64,000 nt of DNA from Bugula neritina (Eukaryota; Animalia; Bryozoa). Of this stretch, positions 15,001 through 32,479 are shown piece by piece. Position 1 is the stretch's first letter. Each line of letters begins with the position of its first letter. A model generated the notes under the pieces. The model made no database searches, had not been told where the DNA came from, and saw only the letters and a program-made list of their open reading frames with translations. Location of the stretch: contig OZ037771.1 of NCBI GenBank assembly GCA_964035545.1, positions 10,048,480 through 10,112,479 of the forward strand, read 5' to 3'. The position numbers were made by a program, and so were the translations under genes.

Positions 15001-18000
15001 ACTAAAATATACTAAAATACACTGGAACACATTGAAAAATACTGCAACATACTGAAAGACACTTCAACCCACTGAAGTATAGTGTAATATACGGAAATGT
15101 ACTGTAACATACTGATATTTACTGTAACACACTGAAATATACTGCAACATACTGAAATACACTGTAACATACCGAAATAAACTGCAACATAATGCAACAT
15201 ACTAAATTACACTGTAACATACTAAAATACACTGCAACATTCTGCAACATACTTCAACGTACTGAAAGACACTGTAACATAATGAAATACACTGCAACAC
15301 ATTGAAATATACCGCAACGGACTGGAATATACTGCAACACATCCAAGTACATCGTAATATACGGACATGTACTGTAACATACTGGAACATACTGAAATAC
15401 ACTGCAACAAACTGTAACATACTGAAACACACTGAAACATACTGAAACATGCTGAAACATACTGTAACATACTGAAACACACTGAAACATACTGAAACAT
15501 ACTGAGACATACTGAAATACACTGCAACATACTGCAACATACTGAAATATACTGAAATATACTGAAATACACTGTAACACATTGAAAAATACCGCAACAT
15601 ACTGAAAGACACTTCAACTCACTGAAGTATAGTGTAATATACGGAAATGTACTGTAACATACTGATATTTACTGTAACACACTGAAATATACTGCAACAT
15701 ACTGAAATACACTGTTACATGCCAAAATAAACTGCAACATACTGCAACATACTGAAATACACTGTAACATACTCAAATACACGGCAACATTCTGCAACAT
15801 ATTGAAATATACTGCAACACACTGAAATATACTGCAACACATCCAAGTAGACTGTAATATACGGACATGTACTGTAACATACTGAAACAAAATGAAATAT
15901 ACTGTAACACTCTGAGTAATACTGCAAAATGCAGAAATATACTGTAACACAGTGAAGTATACTGCAAAATTCTGAAACATACTGCAACATACTAAAACAT
16001 GAGCAATATACTGAAAAATGCCTCAGCATACTCAAATATACTGCAAGATGCTGCAACATACGTAAATACACTGTAACATACTGAAATACACTGCAACATA
16101 CTGCAGCATACTGAAGTACACTGTAAAATATTGAAATACACTGCAACACATTGGAATATACTGCAACACACTGAAATATACTGCAACATACTGAAATATA
16201 CTGCAACATACTGCAACATACTAAAGTGCACTGTAACATACCGTAACTTACTGAAATACACTGCAACAAACTGTAACATACTGAAACACACTGAAACATA
16301 CTGAAACATACTGAAACATACTGAGACATACTGAAATACACTGCAACATACTGAAACATACTGAAATATACTGAAATATACTAAAATACACTGGAACACA
16401 TTGAAAAATACTGCAACATACTGAAAGACACTTCAACCCACTGAAGTATAGTGTAATATACGGAAATGTACTGTAACATACTGATATTTACTGTAACACA
16501 CTGAAATATACTGCAACATACTGAAATACACTGTAACATACCGAAATAAACTGCAACATAATGCAACATACTGAATTACACTGTAACATACTAAAATACA
16601 CTGCAACATTCTGCAACATACTTCAACGTACTGAAAGACACTGTAACATAATGAAATACACTGCAACACATTCAAATATACCGCAACAGACTGGAATGTA
16701 CTGCAACACATCAAAGTACATCGTAATATACGGACATGTACTGTAACATACTGGAACATACTGAAATACACTGCATCAAACTGTAACATACTGAAACACA
16801 CTGAAACATACTGAAACATACTGAAACATACTGTAACATACTGAAACACACTGAAACATACTGAAACATACTGAGACATACTGAAATACACTGCAACATA
16901 CTGCAACATACTGAAATATACTGAAATATACTGAAATACACTGTAACACATTGAAAAATACCGCAACATACTGAAAGACACTTCAACTCACTGAAGTATA
17001 GTGTAATATACGGAAATGTACTGTAACATACTGATATTTACTGTAACACACTGAAATATACTGCAACATACTGAAATACACTGTTACATGCCAAAATAAA
17101 CTGCAACATACTGCAACATACTGAAATACACTGTAACATACTCAAATACACTGCAACATTCTGCAACATATTGAAATATACTGCAACACACTGAAATATA
17201 CTGCAACACACTGAAATATACTGCAAAATACTGAAATATACTTCAACATACTGCAACATACTGAAAGACACTACAACTCACTGAAGTATAGTGCAATATA
17301 CAGAAATGTACTCTAACATACTGATATTTAATGTTACACACTGAAATATACTACAACATACTGAAATACACTGTAACATACCGAAATAAGCTGCAACATA
17401 CTGCAACATACTGAAATACACTGTAACATGATGAAGTACACTGCAACACATTGAAATAAACTGCAACAAACTGAAATATACTGCAACATACTGAAATGTA
17501 CTGCAACATACTGAAATACATTGCAACATATCGAAGTATATCGTAATAAACGGACATGTACTGAAACATACTGAAACACACTGAAACATACTGAAACATA
17601 CTGAAACATACTGAAATACACTGCAACAAACTGCAACATACTGAAACATACTGTAACATGATGAAAAACACTGCAACACATTGAAATATACTGCAACAAA
17701 CTGAAATATACTGCAACATACTGAAACGTACTGCAACATACTGAAACTAATTGCAACATATCGAAGTATATCGTAAAATACGGACATGTACTGTAACATA
17801 CTGAAACACACTGAAACATACTGAAACATACTGAAACATACTGAAACATACTGAGATACACTGCAACATACTGCAACATACTGAAATACACTGTAACATG
17901 ATGAAATACACTGCAACACATTGGAATATACTGCAACAAACTGGAATATACTGCAACATACTGAAATGTGCTGCAATATACTGAAATATACTGCAACATA

Positions 18001-21000
18001 CTGAAATGTACTGCAACATACTGAAATACATTGCAACATATTGAAGTATATCGTAATAAACGGACATGTACTGAAACATACTGAAACATACTGAAACATA
18101 CTGAAACATACTGAAATACACTGTAACAAACTGAAATACACTGCAACAAGTTGGAATATACTGCAACATACCCAAGTATATGGTAATATAATGAAATATA
18201 CTGCAACATACCGCAACATACTCAAAAACACTGTAACAAACTGAAATACGCTGCAACACATTGGAATAAACTGCGACATATTCAAATAAATGGTAATATA
18301 CTGAAATATATTGAAATACACTGTAACACATTGAAAAATACTGCAACATACTGAAACACACTACAACTCGCTGAAGTATAGTGTAACTTACTGAAATGTA
18401 CTGTAACATAATGATATTTACTGCAACACACTGAAACATACTGCAACATACTGAAATACACTGTTACATACTAAAATACACTGCAACATACTAAAATACA
18501 CTGCAACAACCTGCAACATTCTGCAACATACTTCAACATACTGAAAAACACTGTAACAAACTGAAATACGCTGCAACACATTGGAATATACTGCAACATA
18601 CCCAAATAAATGGTAACATACTGAAATATACTGAAATACAATGTAACACATTGAAAAATACTGCAACACACTGAAAGACACTACAACTCACTGAAGTATA
18701 GTGTAATATATGAAAACGTACTGTAACATACTGATATTTACTGCAACACACTGAAATATACTGCAACATACTGAAATACACTGTTACATGCCAAAATAAA
18801 CTGCAACATACTGCAACATACTGAAATACACTGTAACATACTCAAATACACGGCAACATTCTGCAACATATTGAAATATACTGCAACACACTGAAATATA
18901 CTGCAACACATCCAAGTAGACTGTAATATACGGACATGTACTGTAACATACTGAAACAAAATGAAATATACTGTAACACTCTGAGTAATACTGCAAAATG
19001 CAGAAATATACTGTAACACAGTGAAGTATACTGCAAAATTCTGAAACATACTGCAACATACTAAAACATGAGCAATATACTGAAAAATGCCTCAGCATAC
19101 TCAAATATACTGCAAGATGCTGCAACATACGTAAATACACTGTAACATACTGAAATACACTGAAACATACTGCAGCATACTGAAGTACACTGTAAAATAT
19201 TGAAATACACTGCAACACATTGGAATATACTGCAACACACTGAAATATACTGCAACATACTGAAATATACTGCAACACACTGCAACATACTAAAGTGCAC
19301 TGTAACATACTGTAACTTACTGAAATACACTGCAACAAACTGTAACATACTGAAACACACTGAAACATACTGAAACATACTGAAACATACTGAGACATAC
19401 TGAAATACACTGCAACATACTGAAACATACTGAAATATACTGAGATATACTAAAATACACTGGAACACATTGAAAAATACTGCAACATACTGAAAGACAC
19501 TTCAACCCACTGAAGTATAGTGTAATATACGGAAATGTACTGTAACATACTGATATTTACTGTAACACACTGAAATATACTGCAACATACTGAAATACAC
19601 TGTAACATACCGAAATAAACTGCAACATAATGCAACATACTGAATTACACTGTAACATACTAAAATACACTGCAACATTCTGCAACATACTTCAACGTAC
19701 TGAAAGACACTGTAACATAATGAAATACACTGCAACACATTGAAATATACCGCAACAGACTGGAATGTACTGCAACACATCCAAGTACATCGTAATATAC
19801 GGACATGTACTGTAACATACTGGAACATACTGAAATACACTGCATCAAACTGTAACATACTGAAACACACTGAAACATACTGAAACATACTGAAACATAC
19901 TGTAACATACTGAAACACACTGAAACATACTGAAACATACTGAGACATACTGAAATACACTGCAACATACTGCAACATACTGAAATATACTGAAATATAC
20001 TGAAATACACTGTAACACATTGAAAAATACCGCAACATACAGAAAGACACTTCAACTCACCGAAGTATAGTGTAATATACGGAAATGTACTGTAACATAC
20101 TGATATTTACTGTAACACACTGAAATATACTGCAACATACTGAAATACACTGTTACATGCCAAAATAAACTGCAACATACTGCAACATACTGAAATACAC
20201 TGTAACATACTCAAATACACTGCAACATTCTGCAACATATTGAAATATACTGCAACACACTGAAATATACTGCAACACACTGAAATATACTGCAAAATAC
20301 TGAAATATACTTCAACATACTGCAACATACTGAAAGACACTACAACTCACTGAAGTATAGTGCAATATACAGAAATGTACTCTAACATACTGATATTTAA
20401 TGTTACACACTGAAATATACTACAACATACTGAAATACACTGTAACATACCGAAATAAGCTGCAACATACTGCAACATACTGAAATACACTGTAACATAA
20501 TGAAGTACACTGCAACACATTGAAATACACTGCAACAAACTGAAATATACTGCAACACATCCAAGTAGACTGTAATATACGGACATGTACTGTAACATAC
20601 TGAAACAAAATGAAATATACTGTAACACTCTGAGTAATACTGCAAAATGCTGAAATATACTGTAACACAGTGAAGTATACTGCAAAATTCTGAAACATAC
20701 TGCAACATACTAAAACATGAGCCATATACTGAAAAATGCCTCAGCATACTCAAATATACTGCAAGATGCTGCAACATACGTAAATACACTGTAACATACT
20801 GAAATACACTGCAACATACTGCAGCATACTGAAGTACACTGTAAAATATTGAAATACACTGCAACACATTGGAATATACTGCAACACACTGAAATATACT
20901 GCAACATACTGAAATATACTGCAACATACTGCAACATACTAAAGTGCACTGTAGCATACTGTAACTTACTGAAATACACTGCAACAAACTGTAACATACT

Positions 21001-24000
21001 GCAACACACTGAAATATACTGCAAAATACTGAAATATACTTCAACATACTGCAACATACTGAAAGACACTACAACTCACTGAAGTATAGTGCAATATACA
21101 GAAATGTACTCTAACATACTGATATTTAATGTTACACACTGAAATATACTAAAACATACTGAAATACACTGTAACATACCGAAATAAGCTGCAACATACT
21201 GCAACATACTGAAATACACTGTAACATGATGAAGTACACTGCAACACATTGAAATACACTGCAACAAACTGAAATATACTGCAACATACTGAAATGTACT
21301 GCAACATACTGAAATACATTGCAACATATCGAAGTATATCGTAATAAACGGACATGTACTGAAACATACTGAAACACACTGAAACATACTGAAACATACT
21401 GAAACATACTGAAATACACTGCAACAAACTGCAACGTACTGAAACATACTGTAACATGATGAAAAACACTGCAACACATTGAAATATACTGCAACAAACT
21501 GAAATATACTGCAACATACTGAAACGTACTGCAACATACTGAAACTAATTGCAACATATCGAAGTATATCGTAAAATACGGACATGTACTGTAACGTACT
21601 GAAACACACTGAAACATACTGAAACATACTGAAACATACTGAAACATACTGAGATACACTGCAACATACTGCAACATACTGAAATACACTGTAACATGAT
21701 GAAATACACTGCAACACATTGGAATATACTGCAACAAACTGGAATATACTGCAACATACTGAAATGTGCTGCAACATACTGAAATACATTGCAACATATC
21801 GAAGTATATCGTAATATACGGGCATGTACTGTAACATACTGAAACACACTGAAACATACTGAAACATACTAAAATATACTGAAACATACTGAAATACACT
21901 GTAACACATTGAAAAATACTGCAACATACTGAAGGACACTTCAACTCACTGAAGTATAGTGTAATATACAGAAATGTACTGTAACATACTGATATTTACT
22001 GTAACACACTGAAATATACTGCAACATACTGAAATACACTGTAACATACCGAAATAAACTGCAACATAATGCAACATACTGAATTACACTGTAACATACT
22101 AAAATACACTGCAACATTCTGCAACATACTTCAACGTACTGAAAGACACTGTAACATAATGAAATACACTGCAACACATTGAAATATACCGCAACAGACA
22201 GGAATATACTGCAACACATCCAAGTACATAGTAGTATACGGACATGTACTGTAACATACTGGAACATACTGAAACATACTGCAACATTCTGAAGTGCACT
22301 GTAAAATATTGAAATACACCGCAACAAACTGCAACATATTGAAGTACACTGTACATATTGAAAAACACTGCAACACACTGAAATATACTGCAACACACTG
22401 AAATATACTGCAAAAAAACTGAATTATACTTCAACATACTGCAACATACTGAAAGACACTACAACTCACTGAAGTATAGTGCAATATACAGAAATGTATT
22501 CTAACATACTGATATTTAATGTTACACACTGAAATATACTACAACATACTGAAATACACTGCAACATACCGAAATAAGCTGCAACATACTGCAACATACT
22601 GAAATACACTGTAACATGATGTAGTACACTGAAACACATTGAAATATACTGCAACACACTGAAATATACTGCAAAATACTGAATTATACTTCAACATACT
22701 GCAACATACTGAAAGACACTACAACTCACTGAAGTATAGTGCAATATACAGAAATGTACTCTAACATACTGATATTTAATGTTACACACTGAAATATACT
22801 ACAACATACTGAAATACACTGTAACATACCGAAATAAGCTGCAACATACTGCAACATACTGAAATACACTGTAACATGATGAAGTACACTGCAACACATT
22901 GAAATACACTGCAACAAACTGAAATATACTGCATCATACTGAAATGTACTGCAACATACTGAAATACATTGCAACATATCGAAGTATATCGTAATAAACG
23001 GACATGTACTGAAACATACTGAAACACACTGAAACATACTGAAACATACTGAAACATACTGAAATACACTGCAACAAACTGCAACATACTGAAACATACT
23101 GTAACATGATGAAAAACACTGCAACACATTGAAATATACTGCAACAAACTGAAATATACTGCAACATACTGAAACGTACTGCAACATACTGAAACTAATT
23201 GCAACATATCGATGTATATCGTAAAATACGGACATGTACTGTAACATACTGAAACACACTGAAACATACTGAAACATACTGAAACATACTGAAACATACT
23301 GAGATACACTGCAACATACTCTAACATACTGAAATACACTGTAACATGATGAAATACACTGCAACACATTGGAATATACGGCAACAAACTGGAATATACA
23401 GCAACATACTGAAACGTGCTGCAACATACTGAAATACATTGCAATATATCGAAGTATATCGTAATATACGGACATGTACTGCAACATACTGAAACACACT
23501 GAAACATACTGAAACATACTGAAATATACTGAAATATACTGAAATACACTGTAACACATTGAAAAATACTGCAACATACTGAAGGACACTTCAACTCACT
23601 GAAGTATAGTCTAATGTACAGAAATGTACTGTAACATACTGATATTTACTGTAACACACTGAAATATACTGCAACATACTGAAATACACTGTAACATACC
23701 GAAATAAACTGCAACATAATGCAACATACTGAATTACACTGTAACATACTAAAATACACTGCAACATTCTGCAACATACTTCAACGTACTGAAAGACACT
23801 GTAACATAATGAAATACACTGCAACACATTGAAATATACCGCAAGAGACTGGAATATACTGCAACACATCCAAGTACATAGTAATATACGGACATGTACT
23901 GTAACATACTGGAACATACTGAAACATACTGCAACATTCTGAAGTACACTGTAAAATATTAAAATACACCGCAACAAACTGCAACATATTGAAGTACACT

Positions 24001-27000
24001 GTACATATTGAAAAACACTGCAACACACTGAAATATACTGCAACACACTGAAATATACTGCAAAATACTGAATTATACTTCAACATACTGCAACATACTG
24101 AAAGACACTACAACTCACTGAAGCATAGTGCAATATACAGAAATGTATTCTAACATACTGATATTTAATGTTACACACTGAAATATACTACAACATACTG
24201 AAATACACTGTAACATGATGTAGTACACTGCAACACATTGAAATATACTGCAACAAACTGAAATATACTGCAACATACTGAAATGTACTGCAACATACTG
24301 AAATACATGGCAACATATCGAAGTATATCGTAATAAACGGACATGTACTGTAACATACTGAAACACACTGAAACATACTGAAACATACTGAAACATACTG
24401 AAACATACTGAAATACACTGCAACATACTGCAACATACTGAAACATACTGTAACATTATGAAATACACTGCAACACATTGAAATATACTGCAACAAACTG
24501 AAATATACTGCAACATACTAAAACGTACTGCAACATACTGAAATACATTGCAACATATCGAAGTATATCGTAATATACGGACATGTACTGAAACATACTG
24601 AAACATACTGAAACATACTGAGACATACTGAAATACACTGCAACATACTGCAACATACTGAAATATACTGAAATATACTGAAATACACTGTAACACATTG
24701 AAAAATACCGCAACATACTGAAAGACACTTCAACTCACTGAAGTATAGTGTAATATACGAAAATGTACTGTAACATACTGATATTTACTGTAACACACTG
24801 AAATGAACTGCAACATACTGAAATACACTGTTACATGCCAAAATAAACTGCAACATACTGCAACATACTGAAATACACTGTAACATACTCAAATACACTG
24901 CAACATTCTGCAACATATTGAAATATACTGCAACACACTGAAATATACTGCAACACACTGAAATATACTGCAAAATACTGAAATATACTTCAACATACTG
25001 CAACATACTGAAAGACACTACAACTCACTGAAGTATAGTGCAATATACAGAAATGTACTCTAACATACTGATATTTAATGTTACACACTGAAATATACTA
25101 AAACATACTGAAATACACTGTAACATACCGAAATAAGCTGCAACATACTGCAACATACTGAAATACACCGTAACATGATGAAGTACACTGCAACACATTG
25201 AAATACACTGCAACAAACTGAAATATACTGCAACATACTGAAATGTACTGCAACATACTGAAATACATTGCAACATATCGAAGTATATCGTAATAAACGG
25301 ACATGTACTGAAACATACTGAAACATACTGAAACGTACTGAAACATACTGAAACATACTGAAATACACTGTAACAAACTGAAATACACTGCAACAAGTTG
25401 GAATATACTGCAACATACCCAAGTATATGGTAATATAATGAAATATACTGCAACATACCGCAACATACTCAAAAACACTGTAACAAACTGAAATACGCTG
25501 CAACACATTGGAATAAACTGCGACATATCGAAATAAATGGTAATATACTGAAATATATTGAAATACACTGTAACACATTGAAAAATACTGCAACATACTG
25601 AAACACACTACAACTCGCTGAAGTATAGTGTAACTTACTGAAATGTACTGTAACATAATGATATTTACTGCAACACACTGAAACATACTGCAACATACTG
25701 AAATACACTGTTACATACTAAAATACACTGCAACATACTAAAATACACTGCAACAACCTGCAACATTCTGCAACATACTTCAACATACTGAAAAACACTG
25801 TAACAAACTGAAATACGCTGCAACACATTGGAATATACTGCAACATACCCAAATAAATAGTAACATACTGAAATATACTGAAATACAATGTAACACATTG
25901 AAAAATACTGCAACACACTGAAAGACACTACAACTCACTGAAGTATAGTGTAATATATGAAAACGTACTGTAACATACTGATATTTACTGCAACACACTG
26001 AAATATACTGCAACATACTGAAATACACTGTTACATGCCAAAATAAACTGCAACATACTGCAACATACTGAAATACACTGTAACATACTCAAATACACGG
26101 CAACATTCTGCAACATATTGAAATATACTGCAACACACTGAAATATACTGCAACACATCCAAGTAGACTGTAATATACGGACATGTACTGTAACATACTG
26201 AAACAAAATGAAATATACTGTAACACTCTGAGTAATACTGCAAAATGCTGAAATATACTGTAACACAGTGAAGTATACTGCAAAATTCTGAAACATACTG
26301 CAACATACTAAAACATGAGCAATATACTGAAAAATGCCTCAGCATACTCAAATATACTGCAAGATGCTGCAACATACGTAAATACACTGTAACATACTGA
26401 AATACACTGCAACATACTGCAGCATACTGAAGTACACTGTAAAATATTGAAATACACTGCAACACATTGGAATATACTGCAACACACTGAAATATACTGC
26501 AACATACTGAAATATACTGCAACATACTGCAACATACTAAAGTGCACTGTAACATACTGTAACTTACTGAAATACACTGCAACAAACTGTAACATACTGA
26601 AACACACTGAAACATACTGAAACATACTGAAACATACTGAGACATACTGAAATACACTGCAACATACTGAAACATACTGAAATATACTAAAATATACTAA
26701 AATACACTGGAACACATTGAAAAATACTGCAACATACTGAAAGACACTTCAACCCACTGAAGTACAGTGTAATATACGGAAATGTACTGTAACATACTGA
26801 TATTTACTGTAACACACTGAAATATACTGCAACATACTGAAATACACTGTAACATACCGAAATAAACTGCAACATAATGTAACATACTAAATTACACTGT
26901 AACATACTAAAATACACTGCAACATTCTGCAACATACTTCAACGTACTGAAAGACACTGTAACATAATGAAATACACTGCAACACATTGAAATATACCGC

Positions 27001-27300
27001 AACGGACTGGAATATACTGCAACACATCCAAGTACATCGTAATATACGGACATGTACTGTAACATACTGGAACATACTGAAATACACTGCAACAAACTGT
27101 AACATACTGAAACACACTGAAACATACTGAAACATGCTGAAACATACTGTAACATACTGAAACACACTGAAACATACTGAAACATACTGAGACATACTGA
27201 AATACACTGCAACATACTGCAACATACTGAAATATACTGAAATATACTGAAATACACTGTAACACATTGAAAAATACCGCAACATACTGAAAGACACTTC
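1..27300 (+). repeat. Mosaic higher-order repeat domain with several periods (~5328-5338, ~11685-11735, ~17063-17073, 1369, ~3069 bp)
   Basis: Offsets between near-identical pseudo-ORFs: 4878/10206, 8002/13340, 10206/21941, 13340/25025, 205/17278, 4013/21076, 14300/15669, 16433/19502. Confidence 0.8.
466..482 (+). other. First copy of a recurrent CENP-B-box-like 17-mer TATCGTAATA[A/T]ACGGAC
   Basis: Matches 7 of the 9 core bases of NTTCGNNNNANNCGGGN with exact CpG spacing; recurs throughout the array (e.g. 706, 976, 4274, 4504, 4744). Function unproven. Confidence 0.35.
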
Positions 27301-30300
27301 AACTCACTGAAGTATAGTGTAATATACGGAAATGTACTGTAACATACTGATATTTACTGTAACACACTGAAATATACTGCAACATACTGAAATACACTGT
27401 TACATGCCAAAATAAACTGCAACATACTGCAACATACTGAAATACACTGTAACATACTCAAATACACTGCAACATTCTGCAACATATTGAAATATACTGC
27501 AACACACTGAAATATACTGCAACACACTGAAACATACTGCAAAATACTGAAATATACTTCAACATACTGAAACATACTGAAAGACACTACAACTCACTGA
27601 AGTATAGTGCAATATACAGAAATGTACTCTAACATACTGATATTTAATGTTACACACTGAAATATACTACAACATACTGAAATACACTGTAACATACCGA
27701 AATAAGCTGCAACATACTGCAACATACTGAAATACACTGTAACATGATGAAGTACACTGCAACACATTGAAATACACTGCAACAAACTGAAATATACTGC
27801 AACACATCCAAGTAGACTGTAATATACGGACATGTACTGTAACATACTGAAACAAAATGAAATATACTGTAACACTCTGAGTAATACTGCAAAAAGCTGA
27901 AATATACTGTAACACAGTGAAGTATACTGCAAAATTCTGAAACATACTGCAACATACTAAAACATGAGCCATATACTGAAAAATGCCTCAGCATACTCAA
28001 ATATACTGCAAGATGCTGCAACATACGTAAATACACTGTAACATACTGAAATACACTGCAACATACTGCAGCATACTGAAGTACACTGTAAAATATTGAA
28101 ATACACTGCAACACATTGGAATATACTGCAACACACTGAAATATACTGCAACATACTGAAATATACTGCAACATACTGCAACATACTAAAGTGCACTGTA
28201 GCATACTGTAACTTACTGAAATACACTGCAACAAACTGTAACATACTGAAACACACTGAAACATACTGAAACATACTGAAACATACTGTAAGATACTGAA
28301 ACACACTGAAACATACTGAAACATACTGAGACATACTGAAATACACTGCAACATACTGAAACATACTGAAATATACTGAAATATACTAAAATACACTGGA
28401 ACACATTGAAAAATACTGCAACATACTGAAAGACACTTCAACCCACTGAAGTATAGTGTAATATACGGAAATGTACTGTAACATACTGATATTTACTGTA
28501 ACACACTGAAATATACTGCAACATACTGAAATACACTGTAACATACCGAAATAAACTGCAACATAATGCAACATACTGAATTACACTGTAACATACTAAA
28601 ATACACTGCAACATTCTGCAACATACTTCAACGTACTGAAAGACACTGTAACATAATGAAATACACTGCAACACATTGAAATATACCGCAACAGACTGGA
28701 ATATACTCCAACACATCCAAGTACATCGTAATATACGGACATGTACTGTAACATACTGGAACATACAGAAATACACTGCAACAAACTGTAACATACTGAA
28801 ACACACTGAAACATACTGAAACATACTGAAACATACTGTAACATACTGAAACACACTGAAACATACTGAAACATACTGAGACATACTGAAATACACTGCA
28901 ACATACTGCAACATACTGAAATATACTGAAATATACTGAAATACACTGTAACACATTGAAAAATACCGCAACATACTGAAAGACACTTCAACTCACTGAA
29001 GTATAGTGTAATATACGGAAATGTACTGTAACATACTGATATTTACTGTAACACACTGAAATGAACTGCAACATACTGAAATACACTGTTACATGCCAAA
29101 ATAAACTGCAACATACTGCAACATACTGAAATACACTGTAACATACTCAAATACACTGCAACATTCTGCAACATATTGAATTATACTGCAACACACTGAA
29201 ATATACTGCAACACACTGAAATATACTGCAAAATACTGAAATATACTTCAACATACTGCAACATACTGAAAGACACTACGACTCACTGAAGTATAGTGCA
29301 ATATACAGAAATGTACTCTAACATACTGATATTTAATGTTACACACTGAAATATACTAAAACATACTGAAATACACTGTAACATACCGAAATAAGCTGCA
29401 ACATACTGCAACATACTGAAATACACTGTAACATGATGAAGTACACTGCAACACATTGAAATACACTGCAACAAACTGAAATATACTGCAACATACTGAA
29501 ATGTACTGCAACATGCTGAAACTAATTGCAACATATCGAAGTATATCGTAAAATACGGACATGTACTGTAACATACTGAAACACACTGAAACATACTGAA
29601 ACATACTGAAACATACTGAAACATACTGAGATACACTGCAACATACTGCAACATACTGAAATACACTGTAACATGATGAAATACACTGCAACACATTGGA
29701 ATATACTGCAACAAACTGGAATATACTGCAACATACTGAAATGTGCTGCAACATACTGAAATACATTGCAATATATCGAAGTATATCGTAATATACGGAC
29801 ATGTACTGTAACATACTGAAACACACTGAAACATACTGAAACATACTAAAATATACTGAAACATACTGAAATACACTGTAACACATTGAAAAATACTGCA
29901 ACATACTGAAGGACACTTCAACTCACTGAAGTATAGTGTAATATACAGAAATGTACTGTAACATACTGATATTTACTATAACACACTGAAATATACTGCA
30001 ACATACTGAAATACACTGTAACATACCGAAATAAACTGCAACATAATGCAACATACTGAATTACACTGTAACATACTAAAATACACTGCAACATTCTGCA
30101 ACATACTTCAACGTACTGAAAGACACTGTAACATAATGAAATACACTGCAACACATTGAAATATACCGCAACAGACAGGAATATACTGCAACACATCCAA
30201 GTACATAGTAGTATACGGACATGTACTGTAACATACTGGAACATACTGAAACATACTGCAACATTCTGAAGTACACTGTAAGATATTGAAATACACCGCA

Positions 30301-32477
30301 ACAAACTGCAACATATTGAAGTACACTGTACATATTGAAAAACACTGCAACACACTGAAATATACTGCAACACACTGAAATATACTGCAAATAAACTGAA
30401 TTATACTTCAACATACTGCAACATACTGAAAGACACTACAACTCACTGAAGTATAGTGCAATATACAGAAATGTATTCTAACATACTGATATTTAATGTT
30501 ACACACTGAAATATACTACAACATACTGAAATACACTGCAACATACCGAAATAAGCTGCAACATACTGCAACATACTGAAATACACTGTAACATGATGTA
30601 GTACACTGCAACACATTGAAATATACTGCAACACACTGAAATATACTGCAAAATACTGAATTATACTTCAACATACTGCAACATACTGAAAGACACTACA
30701 ACTCATTGAAGTATAGTGCAATATACAGAAATGTACTCTAACATACTGATATTTAATGTTACACACTGAAATATACTACAACATACTGAAATACACTGTA
30801 ACATACCGAAATAAGCTGCAACATACTGCAACATACTGAAATACACTGTAACATGATGAAGTACACTGCAACACATTGAAATACACTGCAACAAACTGAA
30901 ATATACTGCATCATACTGAAATGTACTGCAACATACTGAAATACATTGCAACATATCGAAGTATATCGTAATAAACGGACATGTACTGAAACATACTGAA
31001 ACACACTGAAACATACTGAAACATACTGAAACATACTGAAATACACTGCAACAAACTGCAACATACTGAAACATACTGTAACATGATGAAAAACACTGCA
31101 ACACATTGAAATATACTGCAACAAACTGAAATATACTGCAACATACTGAAACGTACTGCAACATACTGAAACTAATTGCAACATATCGAAGTATATCGTA
31201 AAATACGGACATGTACTGTAACATACTGAAACACACTGAAACATACTGAAACATACTGAAACATACTGAAACATACTGAGATACACTGCAACATACTGCA
31301 ACATACTGAAATACACTGTAACATGATGAAATACACTGCAACACATTGGAATATACTGCAACAAACTGGAATATACTGCAACATACTGAAACGTGCTGCA
31401 ACATACTGAAATACATTGCAATATATCGAAGTATATCGTAATATACGGACATGTACTGTAACATACTGAAACACACTGAAACATACTGAAACATACTAAA
31501 ATATACTGAAACATACTGAAATACACTCTAACACATTGAAAAATACTGCAACATACTGAAGGACACTTCAACTCACTGAAGTATAGTGTAATATACAGAA
31601 ATGTACTGTAACATACTGATATTTACTGTAACACACTGAAATATACTGCAACATACTGAAATACACTGTAACATACCGAAATAAGCTGCAACATAATGCA
31701 ACATACTGAATTACACTGTAACATACTAAAATACACTGCAACATTCTGCAACATACTTCAACGTACTGAAAGACACTGTAACATAATGAAATACACTGCA
31801 ACACATTGAAATATACCGCAACAGACAGGAATATACTGCAACACATCCAAGTACATAGTAGTATACGGACATGTACTGTAACATACTGGAACATACTGAA
31901 ACATACTGCAACATTCTGAAGTACACTGTAAAATATTGAAATACACCGCAACAAACTGCAACATATTGAAGTACACTGTACATATTGAAAAACACTGCAA
32001 CACACTGAAATATACTGCAACACACTGAAATATACTGCAAAAAAACTGAATTATACATCAACATACTGCAACATACTGAAAGACACTACAACTCACTGAA
32101 GTATAGTACAATATACAGAAATGTATTCTAACATACTGATATTTAATGTTACACACTGAAATATACTACAACATACTGAAATACACTGCAACATACCGAA
32201 ATAAGCTGCAACATACTGCAACATACTGAAATACACTGTAACATGATGTAGTACACTGCAACACATTGAAATATACTGCAACACAATGAAATATACTGCA
32301 AAATACTGAAATATACTGCAACACATCCAAGTAGACTGTAATATACGGACATGTACTGTAACATACTGAAACAAAATGAAATATACTGTAACACTCTGAG
32401 TAATACTGCAAAATGCTGAAATATACTGTAACACAGTGAAGTATACTGCAAAATTCTGAAACATACTGCAACATACT

Positions 32478-32479
32478 AA
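32478..32479 (+). other. Left copy of 2-bp target-site duplication (AA); right copy at 35044-35045
   Basis: The filled site has 2+4 A residues around the element; empty paralogous sites (36732-36736, 41491-41495) have T followed by 4 A. Confidence 0.85.

Larger units (their letters stand above)
1..32479 (+). repeat. 10-bp satellite DNA array, left part (runs off the window start)
   Basis: Continuous tandem ~10-bp monomers CAACATACTG/AAACATACTG/TAACATACTG/AAATATACTG/AAATACACTG in one orientation; + strand is A/C-rich; the 10-bp register is visible directly in the 10-base blocks. Confidence 0.99.

Noticed and set aside
1-32479. Telomeric repeat or identity with the Drosophila 10-bp AATAACATAG satellite
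   Set aside because: No G-run telomere-type motif; the monomer sequence differs from AATAACATAG and shares only its length and an AACATA core.
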